Shown here piece after piece: positions 11,656-20,452 of a DNA stretch of 32,000 nucleotides. This stretch comes from Neisseria perflava (lineage in GTDB: Bacteria; Pseudomonadota; Gammaproteobacteria; Burkholderiales; Neisseriaceae), in assembly GCF_024170405.1 (NCBI RefSeq), contig NZ_JALJYC010000012.1, forward strand, positions 34,015 through 66,014, given 5' to 3'. Every line of letters begins with the position of its first letter. Position 1 is the stretch's first letter. The translations under genes and the position numbers were made by a program. The notes under the pieces were generated by a model that was not told the DNA's origin, ran no database searches, and was given only the letters and a program-made list of their open reading frames with translations.

Positions 11656-11945
11656 ACTTATTTCCTATTTATCCCAAATTGGATTTCAATTCCATCTTTA
11701 GTACTAAATCTGAAAGAAAAACTAATTTTTCTTAAAAGCCATAAAAATGGAATCTGAGCTAAGCTTTCTAAATCTGCTAATTTCTCAAAAATTTTATTTA
11801 ACAAATAACTGAAGTTCATTTGTGCCCTTAAAATAAATGGACAATAAAAACTTCTTCTTGTACGAGTTTTAAATCTATAAGCCTATATCTCAAAACTCTT
11901 ACAAAAAAGAATTTATGAAATTATTACTTATTGTTTATCTCGTTA

Positions 11946-14225
11946 CTAAATCTTACACGCCCCACCGGCACAACCATCATCATGTAAATCGGTTTGCGTA
12001 TCGTCCGCACCGTCGCGAGTGTTGTGGTAATACAGGGTTTTCACGCCGTATTTGTAGGCGGTCAGCAAGTCTTTCAGCATTTGTTTCATGGAAACTTTAT
12101 TGCCTTCAAATTTGCTCGGGTCGTAGCTGGTATTGGCGGAAATGGCCTGATCAACGAATTTCTGCATAATGCCGACCAATTTCAGATAGCCGTCGTTGCT
12201 CGGCATTTGCCACAACAGTTCGTATTGGTTTTTCAGGGTTTCAAATTCCGGCACCACCTGTTTCAAAATGCCGTCTTTGGAGGCTTTAATGGTTACCAAG
12301 CCGCGCGGCGGCTCGATGCCGTTGGTGGCGTTGGCGATTTGCGAGCTGGTTTCAGACGGCATTAAGGCGGTCAAGGTGGAGTTGCGCAGGCCGTATTTGA
12401 CGATGTCGGCGCGCAAGCCTTCCCAGTCGTAGTGCAACGGCTCGTCGCAGATGGCGTCCAGGTCTTTTTTATAGGTATCAATCGGCAAAATGCCTTTTGA
12501 ATACACGGTTTCGTTAAACAGCGGGCAGGCGCCGTATTCTTTGGCGAGATTGACCGACGCTTTCAAGAGGTAATACTGCATGGCCTCGAAAGTGCGGTGG
12601 GTCAGGCCGTTGGCGGAGCCGTCGCTGTATTTCACTCCGTTTTTCGCCAGATAGTAGGCGTAGTTGATGACGCCGATACCAAGGGTACGGCGGTTCATGG
12701 TCGCGTGATAAGCGGCTTTAACCGGATAGTCTTGGTAGTCCAACAAGGCATCCAACGCGCGCACGGTCAAATCGGCCAACTCTTCAAATTCGTCCAGATT
12801 GTGCAATGCGCCCAAGTTGAAGGCAGACAAGGTGCACAAGGCGATTTCGCCGTTTTCATCGTTGATGTTTTGCAGCGGTTTGGTCGGCAGCGCGATTTCC
12901 AAACACAAGTTGGACTGGCGCACCGGCGCAACATGCGGATCAAACGGGCTGTGGGTGTTGCAGTGATCGACGTTTTGAATGTAGATACGGCCGGTACCCG
13001 CGCGCTCCTGCATTAAGGTGGAGAACAGCTCGGTGGCTGGCACGCTGCGCTTGCGGATGGATTCGTCCTGCTCGTATTGGGTATATAAGCGCTCGAATTC
13101 GTCTTGATCGGCGAAGAAAGCGTCATACAGGCCAGGCACTTCGTTGGGCGAAAACAGCGTGATGTTGCCGCCTTTAATCAGGCGGGTATAGAGCAGGCGG
13201 TTGATTTGCACGCCGTAATCCAAATGGCGCACGCGGTTTTCTTCTACACCACGGTTGTTTTTCAACACCAGCAGGTTTTCCACTTCAATGTGCCACATCG
13301 GGTAAAACAAGGTTGCCGCGCCGCCGCGCACGCCGCCTTGAGAGCAGGATTTCACCGCTGCTTGGAACATTTTGAAAAACGGGATACAACCGGTATGCTG
13401 CGCCTCGCCACCACGGATTTCGCTGCCCAAGCCGCGGATACGGCCGGCATTGATGCCGATACCGGCGCGTTGGGAAACGTATTTCACAATCGCGCTGGTG
13501 GTGGCGTTGATGGAATCCAAGCTGTCATCGCATTCAATCAAAACGCAGGAGCTGAACTGGCGTGTCGGTGTGCGCACGCCGCTCATAATCGGCGTCGGCA
13601 GCGATACTTTGTAGGTCGAAACCGCGTCATAGAAGCGTTTGACATAACCCAAACGGGTGGCTTTCGGGTATTTGCTAAACAGGCACATCGCCACCAAAAT
13701 ATACAGAAACTGCGGTGTTTCGTAGATTTGGTGGGTCACGCGGTTTTGTACCAAATACTTGCCTTCCAACTGCTTCACGGCGGCATAGGAGAAGGTCATG
13801 TCTCGGCTGTGGTCGATGTAGCTATTGAGCTCGTCAAACTCTTCGCGGCTGTAATCTTCGATGATGTGTTTGTCGTATTTGCCCGCTTCGGTCAGTTTGG
13901 CCACATGGTCATACACGTGCGGCGGTTCAAATTCGCCGTAGGCGATTTTGCGCAGGTGGAAAATCGCCAGACGCGCGGCCAGATATTGGTAATCGGGCGA
14001 ATCTTCGGAAATCAGGTCTGCCGCCGCTTTGATGATGGTTTCGTGGATGTCGTCGGTGCGGATACCGTTGTAAAACTGGATGTGCGATTTCAACTCTACC
14101 TGCGACACGGACACATTATCCAAGCCTTCGGCAGCCCAAGTGACAACGCGGTGGATTTTATCCAAATTAATCGACTCTAAGCGGCCGTCGCGTTTGGTAA
14201 CTTTCATGTTGGTGGTATCGTTCAT
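11946..14225 (-). CDS. nrdA: Ribonucleoside-diphosphate reductase class Ia alpha subunit NrdA
   Basis: 759 aa with an N-terminal ATP-cone (VTKRDGRLESINLDKIHRV), active-site blocks (SSCVLIE; NLCLEIALP; PSETSS) and the C-terminal redox Cys pair (DDGCAGGACKI). Confidence 0.97.
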   Translation of the reverse strand: MNDTTNMKVTKRDGRLESINLDKIHRVVTWAAEGLDNVSVSQVELKSHIQFYNGIRTDDIHETIIKAAADLISEDSPDYQYLAARLAIFHLRKIAYGEFEPPHVYDHVAKLTEAGKYDKHIIEDYSREEFDELNSYIDHSRDMTFSYAAVKQLEGKYLVQNRVTHQIYETPQFLYILVAMCLFSKYPKATRLGYVKRFYDAVSTYKVSLPTPIMSGVRTPTRQFSSCVLIECDDSLDSINATTSAIVKYVSQRAGIGINAGRIRGLGSEIRGGEAQHTGCIPFFKMFQAAVKSCSQGGVRGGAATLFYPMWHIEVENLLVLKNNRGVEENRVRHLDYGVQINRLLYTRLIKGGNITLFSPNEVPGLYDAFFADQDEFERLYTQYEQDESIRKRSVPATELFSTLMQERAGTGRIYIQNVDHCNTHSPFDPHVAPVRQSNLCLEIALPTKPLQNINDENGEIALCTLSAFNLGALHNLDEFEELADLTVRALDALLDYQDYPVKAAYHATMNRRTLGIGVINYAYYLAKNGVKYSDGSANGLTHRTFEAMQYYLLKASVNLAKEYGACPLFNETVYSKGILPIDTYKKDLDAICDEPLHYDWEGLRADIVKYGLRNSTLTALMPSETSSQIANATNGIEPPRGLVTIKASKDGILKQVVPEFETLKNQYELLWQMPSNDGYLKLVGIMQKFVDQAISANTSYDPSKFEGNKVSMKQMLKDLLTAYKYGVKTLYYHNTRDGADDTQTDLHDDGCAGGACKI

Positions 14226-14257
14226 CAGTTTTTCCTAGTATTTATCTGCGGTTCAAA

Positions 14258-14305
14258 ACACAAGATACGGTATTCGATAAGTTTCAATAGCACAATATAA
14301 TGTAT
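14258..14305 (-). promoter_or_regulatory. Two candidate NrdR boxes upstream of nrdA
   Basis: ACACAAGATACGGTAT (14258-14273) and GCACAATATAATGTAT (14290-14305) resemble the 16-bp NrdR box (acaCwAtATaTwgtgt). The starts are 32 bp apart, about 3 helical turns, and lie 33-80 bp upstream of the nrdA ATG. A possible TTGTCA-17-AAAAAT promoter on the minus strand lies just upstream. Confidence 0.45.
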
Positions 14306-14608
14306 TTTTCCAAGCATTTCCAGTCTTGACAAGCGCTGGATTTGGGGTTCGCCGCCAGCGTTTTCTCTTTCAGACGGCCTTTACACTTTTCCTCTTGACA
14401 GCCGTTTTGCCTGATTATTCAAGCCTTGTATCCGAATCGCGATTTTTCCGTATTTGCTTCACGCATGGCTATCTCCTAGGAAATAAAGCCATTCCGAGAA
14501 AATGGCGGACACCGGTAAAAATCCCTGAAAAAGCGCATGACAAAAAATTTTCGGCAGATATTTTTAATGTTAAATTTTGCAAACCCAAATCCGACGGTCG
14601 CAAAACAA

Positions 14609-14645
14609 AGGCCGTCTGAAAACCGCTTACGCTTTCAGACGGCCT
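14609..14645 (-). terminator. DUS hairpin terminator downstream of the outer-membrane factor gene
   Basis: AGGCCGTCTGAAA (14609-14621) is complementary to TTTCAGACGGCCT (14633-14645). Confidence 0.7.
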
Positions 14646-14659
14646 CAAATACGCAGCAA

Positions 14660-16132
14660 TCATGAACCGGCTTCGTCCAAACCCGTCCAGCCGCCGCCCA
14701 ATGCTTTATACAGCCCCACCAGCGTTTGCGCCCGCGCCAGCTGCGCTTGGGTCAGGCTGTCCTGCATTTGGTCTTCTTCCAAATGGGCGCGCAAGGCGTC
14801 GTCCAGCGTTTTGTAGTCGTTGCGGAACAGTTTTTCCGTATCCGCCGCGTGTTGCGCGGATTGGCGGTAGGCGGTTTGCAACAGACCAACTTGCCGCTGC
14901 ATGGCGTTGACACTTTGGTAGGCGCTATCCACTTCGCCTAACGCGGTCAGCAGCTGCTTGTCGTATTGCAGCAAGGCCGTCTGAAGACGGGCGTCGGCGG
15001 CGGCAATGTTGGCTTTGATACGGCCGCTGGTGAAAAGCGGCGTTTGGATGCCGACGCTGAGCAGACCTGCCCAGCCTTTGAGCGAGTCGTCGCCATCAAT
15101 GCCGATACGTGCGCCGCCGCCCAAAAAGTTGATGGTAAAACGCGGCAGCAAATCGGCTTTGGCGCTGGCGAGTTTGGCGGCGTAGGCGTTGATTTGGGCG
15201 GCATAGGCGCGCAAATCGGGGCGGCGTTCGATCATGCCCTGCGGCGTCTGGCCGCTCGGGGCGGCGGGCTGTTGCGCCAACACGTCCGCCGGTAAAGCGG
15301 GCAGCGTGAAACCCTGCGGCGTTTGGCCGGTCAATACGGCAATGTTGCGCACATAAGCGTCGTATTGCGCCTGAATCGTGGCGCGTTTGGCTTCGGCTGC
15401 GCTCAGCTGCACCTGCGCTTCATTGACTTCGTAGCCGCTGACGTGCCCCGCTTTAAAACGCCCTTTCACATACTGCACCATGCGCTGCATGGTGGCGACG
15501 GTGTGATCAGCGGTTTTCAGACGGCGTTGCGCGGCGCGGGCATTGAAATAATTGTCGGCAATATCGCCCGCCAGCAGCATTTGCGCACCGTAAACCTGCT
15601 CCTGTTGGCCGAGCGCAGCGTAATAGGCGGCATCGGCGTCGCTGCGTTTTTGGCCGAAAATATCCGGTTCCCACGAAGCGACAAGGCCACCGTATAAGCT
15701 GTTGCCGTCCGCATCCAATTTACTGCCGCTTAAAGACGAGGTTTGCGGATATTGCGATAAGATCTGGCGCGTGCTGCCGTCTAAGGGATTATCCACCCTG
15801 CCGCGCGACACGCCCCCGCCGCCGCTCAAGCCGACGGTCGGCCCCAAATCGGCGCGGGCAGCGCGGCTGGCGGCGCGGGCTTCGTTCATGCGGCTGACGG
15901 CGATTTTCACGTCATAGCCCTGCGCCAAGCCCTGCTCGATTAAACCGCCCAACACGGGGTCATTCCATTGCCACCACCAGCGCACGATGTCGCTGCTGCC
16001 GCGTGCGGCTTCGGCTTGGCTGAACGCCTGCGGCACGGCGACATTGCTGTCTAGCGGGACTTGGGTATTTTGGCAGGCGGACAGCGCCAGCAGCGCAGCG
16101 GCGCATAAAGCGGTTGTTTGTTTGAGTTTCAT
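14660..16132 (-). CDS. Efflux outer-membrane factor lipoprotein (NodT/OprM family)
   Basis: Lipobox signal MKLKQTTALCAAALLALSAC. 490 aa with the duplicated OMF repeat architecture (WWQ.F.DP.L..LI; long Ala/Gln-rich coiled helices; C-terminal ..LYKALGGGW). Confidence 0.9.
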   Translation of the reverse strand: MKLKQTTALCAAALLALSACQNTQVPLDSNVAVPQAFSQAEAARGSSDIVRWWWQWNDPVLGGLIEQGLAQGYDVKIAVSRMNEARAASRAARADLGPTVGLSGGGGVSRGRVDNPLDGSTRQILSQYPQTSSLSGSKLDADGNSLYGGLVASWEPDIFGQKRSDADAAYYAALGQQEQVYGAQMLLAGDIADNYFNARAAQRRLKTADHTVATMQRMVQYVKGRFKAGHVSGYEVNEAQVQLSAAEAKRATIQAQYDAYVRNIAVLTGQTPQGFTLPALPADVLAQQPAAPSGQTPQGMIERRPDLRAYAAQINAYAAKLASAKADLLPRFTINFLGGGARIGIDGDDSLKGWAGLLSVGIQTPLFTSGRIKANIAAADARLQTALLQYDKQLLTALGEVDSAYQSVNAMQRQVGLLQTAYRQSAQHAADTEKLFRNDYKTLDDALRAHLEEDQMQDSLTQAQLARAQTLVGLYKALGGGWTGLDEAGS

Positions 16133-16146
16133 GATTTTTCCTTGTT

Positions 16147-16183
16147 TTTTCAGACGGCCTCAGACGTTGAGGCCGTCTGAAAA
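16147..16183 (-). other. Intra-cluster DUS hairpin between the permease and OMF genes
   Basis: TTTTCAGACGGCCTCA (16147-16162), loop GACGT, then TGAGGCCGTCTGAAAA (16168-16183). Confidence 0.7.
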
Positions 16184-16199
16184 CGAATCGGCAGACGCC

Positions 16200-17315
16200 C
16201 TATCCCTGCTGTTCCAACATTTTGCGGAAGCGGAACAGCGCGAAGCCCAAAAAGGCCGCGCCCAATACCGCCATCACCGCCATCTGCGGCCACACGATGC
16301 CCAAACCCGCGCCACGGAACAACACGTTTTGCGCAAATTGGGCAAACTGCGTCAGCGGCCAATATTCGCTGATGGCGCGGGCAAATTCCGGCATGTTGGC
16401 ACGCGGCGACGAGGCGCCGGAAAACAGCAGCATCACGATATACACCGGCAGCATCAGCAGGCCGAACTGCGCCATCGTCGGCGCCACCGTCGCCAGCATA
16501 ATACCTAGGGACGCGATGGAAAACAGATACACCGTTACCCCCGCCGCATACAGCAACAGCGAACCGTGCAGCGGCACGCCGATAAATTCGTGCACCACAA
16601 ACCACATCGACAACACCGCCGCCGTTAAAATCACCGCGCCGTTGGCGAGGATTTTCGACATCATCAGCTCGAACGCGCTCACCGGCATGACCAGCAAATG
16701 CTCGATGGTGCCGCGTTCGCGCTCGCGGATGACCGCCGCCCCCACCAGCACCAGCGTAATCATGGTCACCATGCTGCCCACCTCCATTACCGGCATAAAC
16801 CACGCGCTTTCGCCGTTGGGGTTGAAACTCTGGCGGATAACCACATTCACCGGCGACGCGCCGGATTGCGCGGCAAACGCGTTTACTTCGTGGTTGATGA
16901 TTTGGGTCAGATACGACGAGCCCACGCCCGCCTGCGTCATCACCGTAGCATCAATCAGCAGGTTGATTTCGGGGCTGCGCCCGGCCAGTACGTCGCGCTC
17001 GAACTCGGGCGGAATTTCCAACACGAAAATATATTCGCCCTTGTCCATCAATTCGTCCGACTGTTCGCGCGTAATCTCCTTCGGCGTTTGGAAAAACGGC
17101 GGCTGGACAGCATCGCGGATTTGGTACGACAACACCGAACGGTCAAGGTCGATAATGCCGACGGTGGCGTTTTTCACATCGGTGCTGATGCCCTTGGCCA
17201 CGCTGACAATCGCGCCGGTAAACACAAACACAATCAGGATAATCAGCGTCGGATCACCAAACAGGCTGCGGAACTCCTTCATCATCAGCGTCATGATATT
17301 GCGTAATGCGCGCAT
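16200..17315 (-). CDS. yhhJ: ABC-2 type transporter permease, YhhJ-like
   Basis: 371 aa with an N-terminal TM helix, a large extracytoplasmic loop and a C-terminal five-TM ABC-2 domain (RERERGTIEHLLVMPV). The ATG lies 1 nt after the rbbA-like stop, with an SD (AGGAGA) inside the end of the upstream gene, which indicates translational coupling. Confidence 0.85.
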   Translation of the reverse strand: MRALRNIMTLMMKEFRSLFGDPTLIILIVFVFTGAIVSVAKGISTDVKNATVGIIDLDRSVLSYQIRDAVQPPFFQTPKEITREQSDELMDKGEYIFVLEIPPEFERDVLAGRSPEINLLIDATVMTQAGVGSSYLTQIINHEVNAFAAQSGASPVNVVIRQSFNPNGESAWFMPVMEVGSMVTMITLVLVGAAVIRERERGTIEHLLVMPVSAFELMMSKILANGAVILTAAVLSMWFVVHEFIGVPLHGSLLLYAAGVTVYLFSIASLGIMLATVAPTMAQFGLLMLPVYIVMLLFSGASSPRANMPEFARAISEYWPLTQFAQFAQNVLFRGAGLGIVWPQMAVMAVLGAAFLGFALFRFRKMLEQQG

Positions 17316-17316
17316 C

Positions 17317-20300
17317 TTATTTCTCCTGTTTTTTCAGCAGCAGGCAGGAAAGCGTCATGCACACCAACGCAAACACGGCCAGCACCACATATTCCTCCTG
17401 CAATTCGCCAAAGCCCAAGCCCTTGGTAAACGTGCCGACGCTGACGGTCATGTACCACGAGGCAGGAAACAGCTTGCCGATTACATAGCCGCCGCCGCTG
17501 ATGGTGGAAAGCGGATACAGGAAGCCGGAATAGTTGACGGTCGGAATCATGGTGATGATGGCCGTGGCAAAAATCGCCGCCAGCTGCGATTTCATAAAGG
17601 TTGAAATCAGCAGCCCCATCGCGGTGGAAGCGCCCACCATCAGCAGCGTGCCGAAAACCAGCGCCGGCAGCGAGCCTTTCACCGGCACGCCGAACCACAA
17701 CACCATTATCAAGAGCAGCGCGGCAAAGTTGACCATGCCCACCGCGATATACGGCAGCTGCTTGCCGATCATGTATTGCGACACCGAAGCGGGCGAGGCA
17801 TACAGGTTGGAAATCGAACTGATTTCTTTCTCCCGCACCACGCCGATGGCGCACATCATCGCCGGAATCATCACCAGCACCATCATCATCACGCCCGGCG
17901 CAATCGCATTAATGCTGTTGAAATCCTGATTGTAGCGGTAACGCGGCACAATCTGCGCCGGCGCCTGCAAGGAAACCGGCAGCCCCGTGGCCTTGACATA
18001 ATCCTGCGCATACATCTGCATAATGCCGCCGACGTAGCCCCGGATATTGGAAGCATTAAACGGCATCGCGCCGTCGATATAAAAACCGACTTCCGGCTGT
18101 TCGCCTTTGAGCAGTTTTTCGCCGAACCCGCCCGGAATATCCATCACCAACACCGCTTTCGAGCTTTTCAATACCGTGTCGATGTCCGCTTCGTTTTCGA
18201 TTTCCGGCTGCTCGATGAAATAGCGCGAACCAGCGAAATATTCCACCAGACCGCGGCTGGCACTGGTCTGGTCGCGGTCATACACCGCAAATTTCAGGTT
18301 CTGCACGTCAAAGGTTACGCCCCATGCAATCGAGGCCATCATAATCACCGGCCCGAATACGGCGAAAAACAGGCGGATTTTGTCGCGCAGCAGCTCTTTC
18401 GCTTCGCGTCCGGCAAACGTCCATACCGTCGCGAACCAGTATTTCAGCGATTCGGTATCGCGTTGGCGGGCGGCAGCTTCATTCAGGCCGTCTGAAGGTT
18501 TTTTATCTGTATTTGATACAACGGTATTTGCTTCTTCTTTATCGTTTTTTGCGACTACGGCTTTTTCAGACGGCCTAACAGCTGCTTGCTGCGCTTGGGC
18601 TGTCTGAAGGCCGTCTGAAAGCATATCGTCACCCTGCGACTGCCGGTCATGACCGATGACGCGTGCGGCAATCTCGGCAGCCGTTTCCTGCGGCTCTTGG
18701 CCGTCTGAAACGGTATTTAAATCAACATGTGTTTCAACTGTATTGACTTCTCCATTCTGACTTGTCGCCGTTGGGTTTTCAGACGGCCTTGCGGCAACAT
18801 CGGCACTGCTTTCATCGGTTTGCTCCGCCTCAATCAGGTATTGGATAAACGTCTCTTCCAAATCCGGCGCTTGTTTCTCCTCGGTCAAGCCCTGCGGCGT
18901 GCCCACCGCCAGCACGCGGCCTTTGTGCATCAGCGAAATGCGGTCGCAACGCCCCGCTTCGTTCATAAAGTGGGTGGACACGAAAATCGTCACGCGGTCT
19001 TGGCGCGACATCTTCAGCAAATAGCGCCAAAACAAATCGCGCGCCGCCGGATCGACGCCGGAGGTCGGCTCGTCCAAAATCAACACTTCGGGGTGGTGCA
19101 GACAGGCCGCCGCCAGTTGCAGGCGCTGGCGGATGCCCAAGGGCAACGCGGCGGGCGCGGTATCGGCGACATCGGCCAACTCAAACTGCTGCAAGGCGTC
19201 GTTGACCGCCGCTTCGCCTTTGTCACCCAGCTGGTAGAGGTCGGCATGCAGCTGCAGGTTTTGGCGCACGCTCAGTTCTTCATACAGCGAAAACGCCTGC
19301 GACATGTAGCCGACGCGCATTTTGGTCTGCATATCGCCCGCATTGACGGGTTTGCCCAGCAGCTCGGCCTCTCCTTCGGTGGCTTCCAACAGGCCGGTGA
19401 GCATTTTCATGGTGGTGGATTTGCCGCAACCGTTGGAACCCAAAAAGCCGAAAATTTCGCCCTGCTGGATGGTGAAGCTGACATGGTCAACAGCGGTAAA
19501 GCTGCCGAAACGCTTGGTCAGGCCGTGCGCTTCGATGGCGGGCGGCAGACTGGGGTCGGGCACGAACGGCGTGATGTCCAGGCCACCCGCGCCGGTTTGT
19601 TTTTCCGGCGGCAGCATTTTGATATAGGCTTCTTCCAATACATCGGTATGGTATTCGCGCAACACTTCCTGCGTCGGCTTGTCGGCCAGCAGCTTGCCGC
19701 CGTCCAACGCCAGCAGCAGTTCAAACTGCTGCGCCTCTTCGATATAGGCGGTCGCCACGATGACCGTCATGCCCGGATTTTCCCGGCGCAAATCGTTCAC
19801 CAGCGTCCAAAACTGGCGGCGCGACAAGGGATCGACGCCGGTGGTCGGCTCGTCCAAAATCAATAAATCGGGATTGTGTACCAAGGCGCAGCACAGGCTC
19901 AGTTTCTGTTTCATCCCGCCCGAGAGCTTGCCCGAAGCGCGGTCGGTAAACGGTGCCAAACCGGTGGCCTCCACCAGCCTTTGAATCCGCGCTTCGCGCT
20001 CTTGCGCGCCCAAGCCAAAGAGCCGTGCGTGAAAATCAATGTTTTCATACACCGTCAGCGTGCGGTAGAGGTTGTGCCCCAAGCCCTGCGGCATAAAGGC
20101 GATGCGGTGCGACAAGGCCAAACGGTCGTCTTTATCCGCCATATCGCCACCCAATACTTTGACCTCACCCTCCTGAATGATTTTGACACCGGCAATCAGC
20201 GACAGCAGCGTGGATTTGCCCACGCCGTCCGGCCCGATCAGGCCGACCGTTTTGCCGCGCGGAATTGCCAGCGACACATTGTCGAGCGCCTGCACGCTGC

Positions 20301-20361
20301 CGTAGCGGTGGGAAACGCCGCAAACGGCAACGGCCGGAGCTTGTTTATCGGTATCGTTCAT
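17317..20361 (-). CDS. rbbA: Fused ABC protein (two ATPase domains plus a C-terminal ABC-2 permease), RbbA/YhiH-like, with an expanded inter-domain linker
   Basis: Collinear with E. coli RbbA: NBD1 GLIGPDGVGKSTLLSLIAG / LSGGMKQKLSLCCAL / LILDEPTTGVD; NBD2 GFLGSNGCGKSTTMKMLTGLL / LPLGIRQRLQLAAA / LILDEPTSGVD; ABC-2 permease ending LLLKKQEK. At 1014 aa it is about 100 aa longer than my recollection of E. coli RbbA (~911 aa), and the excess lies in the linker. Confidence 0.88.
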   Translation of the reverse strand: MNDTDKQAPAVAVCGVSHRYGSVQALDNVSLAIPRGKTVGLIGPDGVGKSTLLSLIAGVKIIQEGEVKVLGGDMADKDDRLALSHRIAFMPQGLGHNLYRTLTVYENIDFHARLFGLGAQEREARIQRLVEATGLAPFTDRASGKLSGGMKQKLSLCCALVHNPDLLILDEPTTGVDPLSRRQFWTLVNDLRRENPGMTVIVATAYIEEAQQFELLLALDGGKLLADKPTQEVLREYHTDVLEEAYIKMLPPEKQTGAGGLDITPFVPDPSLPPAIEAHGLTKRFGSFTAVDHVSFTIQQGEIFGFLGSNGCGKSTTMKMLTGLLEATEGEAELLGKPVNAGDMQTKMRVGYMSQAFSLYEELSVRQNLQLHADLYQLGDKGEAAVNDALQQFELADVADTAPAALPLGIRQRLQLAAACLHHPEVLILDEPTSGVDPAARDLFWRYLLKMSRQDRVTIFVSTHFMNEAGRCDRISLMHKGRVLAVGTPQGLTEEKQAPDLEETFIQYLIEAEQTDESSADVAARPSENPTATSQNGEVNTVETHVDLNTVSDGQEPQETAAEIAARVIGHDRQSQGDDMLSDGLQTAQAQQAAVRPSEKAVVAKNDKEEANTVVSNTDKKPSDGLNEAAARQRDTESLKYWFATVWTFAGREAKELLRDKIRLFFAVFGPVIMMASIAWGVTFDVQNLKFAVYDRDQTSASRGLVEYFAGSRYFIEQPEIENEADIDTVLKSSKAVLVMDIPGGFGEKLLKGEQPEVGFYIDGAMPFNASNIRGYVGGIMQMYAQDYVKATGLPVSLQAPAQIVPRYRYNQDFNSINAIAPGVMMMVLVMIPAMMCAIGVVREKEISSISNLYASPASVSQYMIGKQLPYIAVGMVNFAALLLIMVLWFGVPVKGSLPALVFGTLLMVGASTAMGLLISTFMKSQLAAIFATAIITMIPTVNYSGFLYPLSTISGGGYVIGKLFPASWYMTVSVGTFTKGLGFGELQEEYVVLAVFALVCMTLSCLLLKKQEK
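18486..18787. repeat. Cluster of five DUS 10-mers inside the rbbA-like linker coding region
   Basis: GCCGTCTGAA at 18486, 18610 and 18700; TTCAGACGGC at 18565 and 18778. All are read in frame, as SDG(L/Q) or RPSE. Confidence 0.9.
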
Positions 20362-20380
20362 GATTCTGCTCTTGGGGCTG

Positions 20381-20421
20381 GTTTTTCAGACGGCCTGTGG
20401 GCGCAAGGCCGTCTGAAAAAC
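20381..20421 (-). other. Intra-cluster DUS hairpin between the adaptor and rbbA-like genes
   Basis: GTTTTTCAGACGGCCT (20381-20396) is complementary to AGGCCGTCTGAAAAAC (20406-20421). Confidence 0.7.
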
Positions 20422-20452
20422 CGTATGATTGTTCGGATATGGCTGGCTGCCT

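Noticed and set aside
13104-14180. Long antisense ORF (358 aa) opposite nrdA. Similar shadow ORFs occur at 3051-3953(-), 10909-11640(+), 16222-17604(+), 18727-19866(+), 20429-21526(+), 23164-23880(+) and 28469-29557(+).
   Set aside because: Each lies entirely within, and opposite to, a gene with unambiguous homology. Their translations are Arg/Gly/His/Phe/Val-rich, low-information sequences typical of the reverse frame of GC-rich genes, with no recognisable motifs.
14419-14466. 15-codon minus-strand ORF (MREANTEKSRFGYKA) with an excellent SD (AGGAGA, 5-nt spacing), about 190 nt upstream of nrdA.
   Set aside because: The SD and ATG geometry is striking, but 15 codons can easily arise by chance. 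I cannot test conservation or see an attenuator-type alternative structure linking it to nrdA. It is worth a glance in Ribo-seq data only.
14326-14619. 97-aa ORF in the nrdA-OMF intergenic region (TTG start).
   Set aside because: It has a non-ATG start with no SD, reads through a DUS, and its composition is unlike that of the neighbouring genes. It is more likely a non-coding leader or regulatory region.
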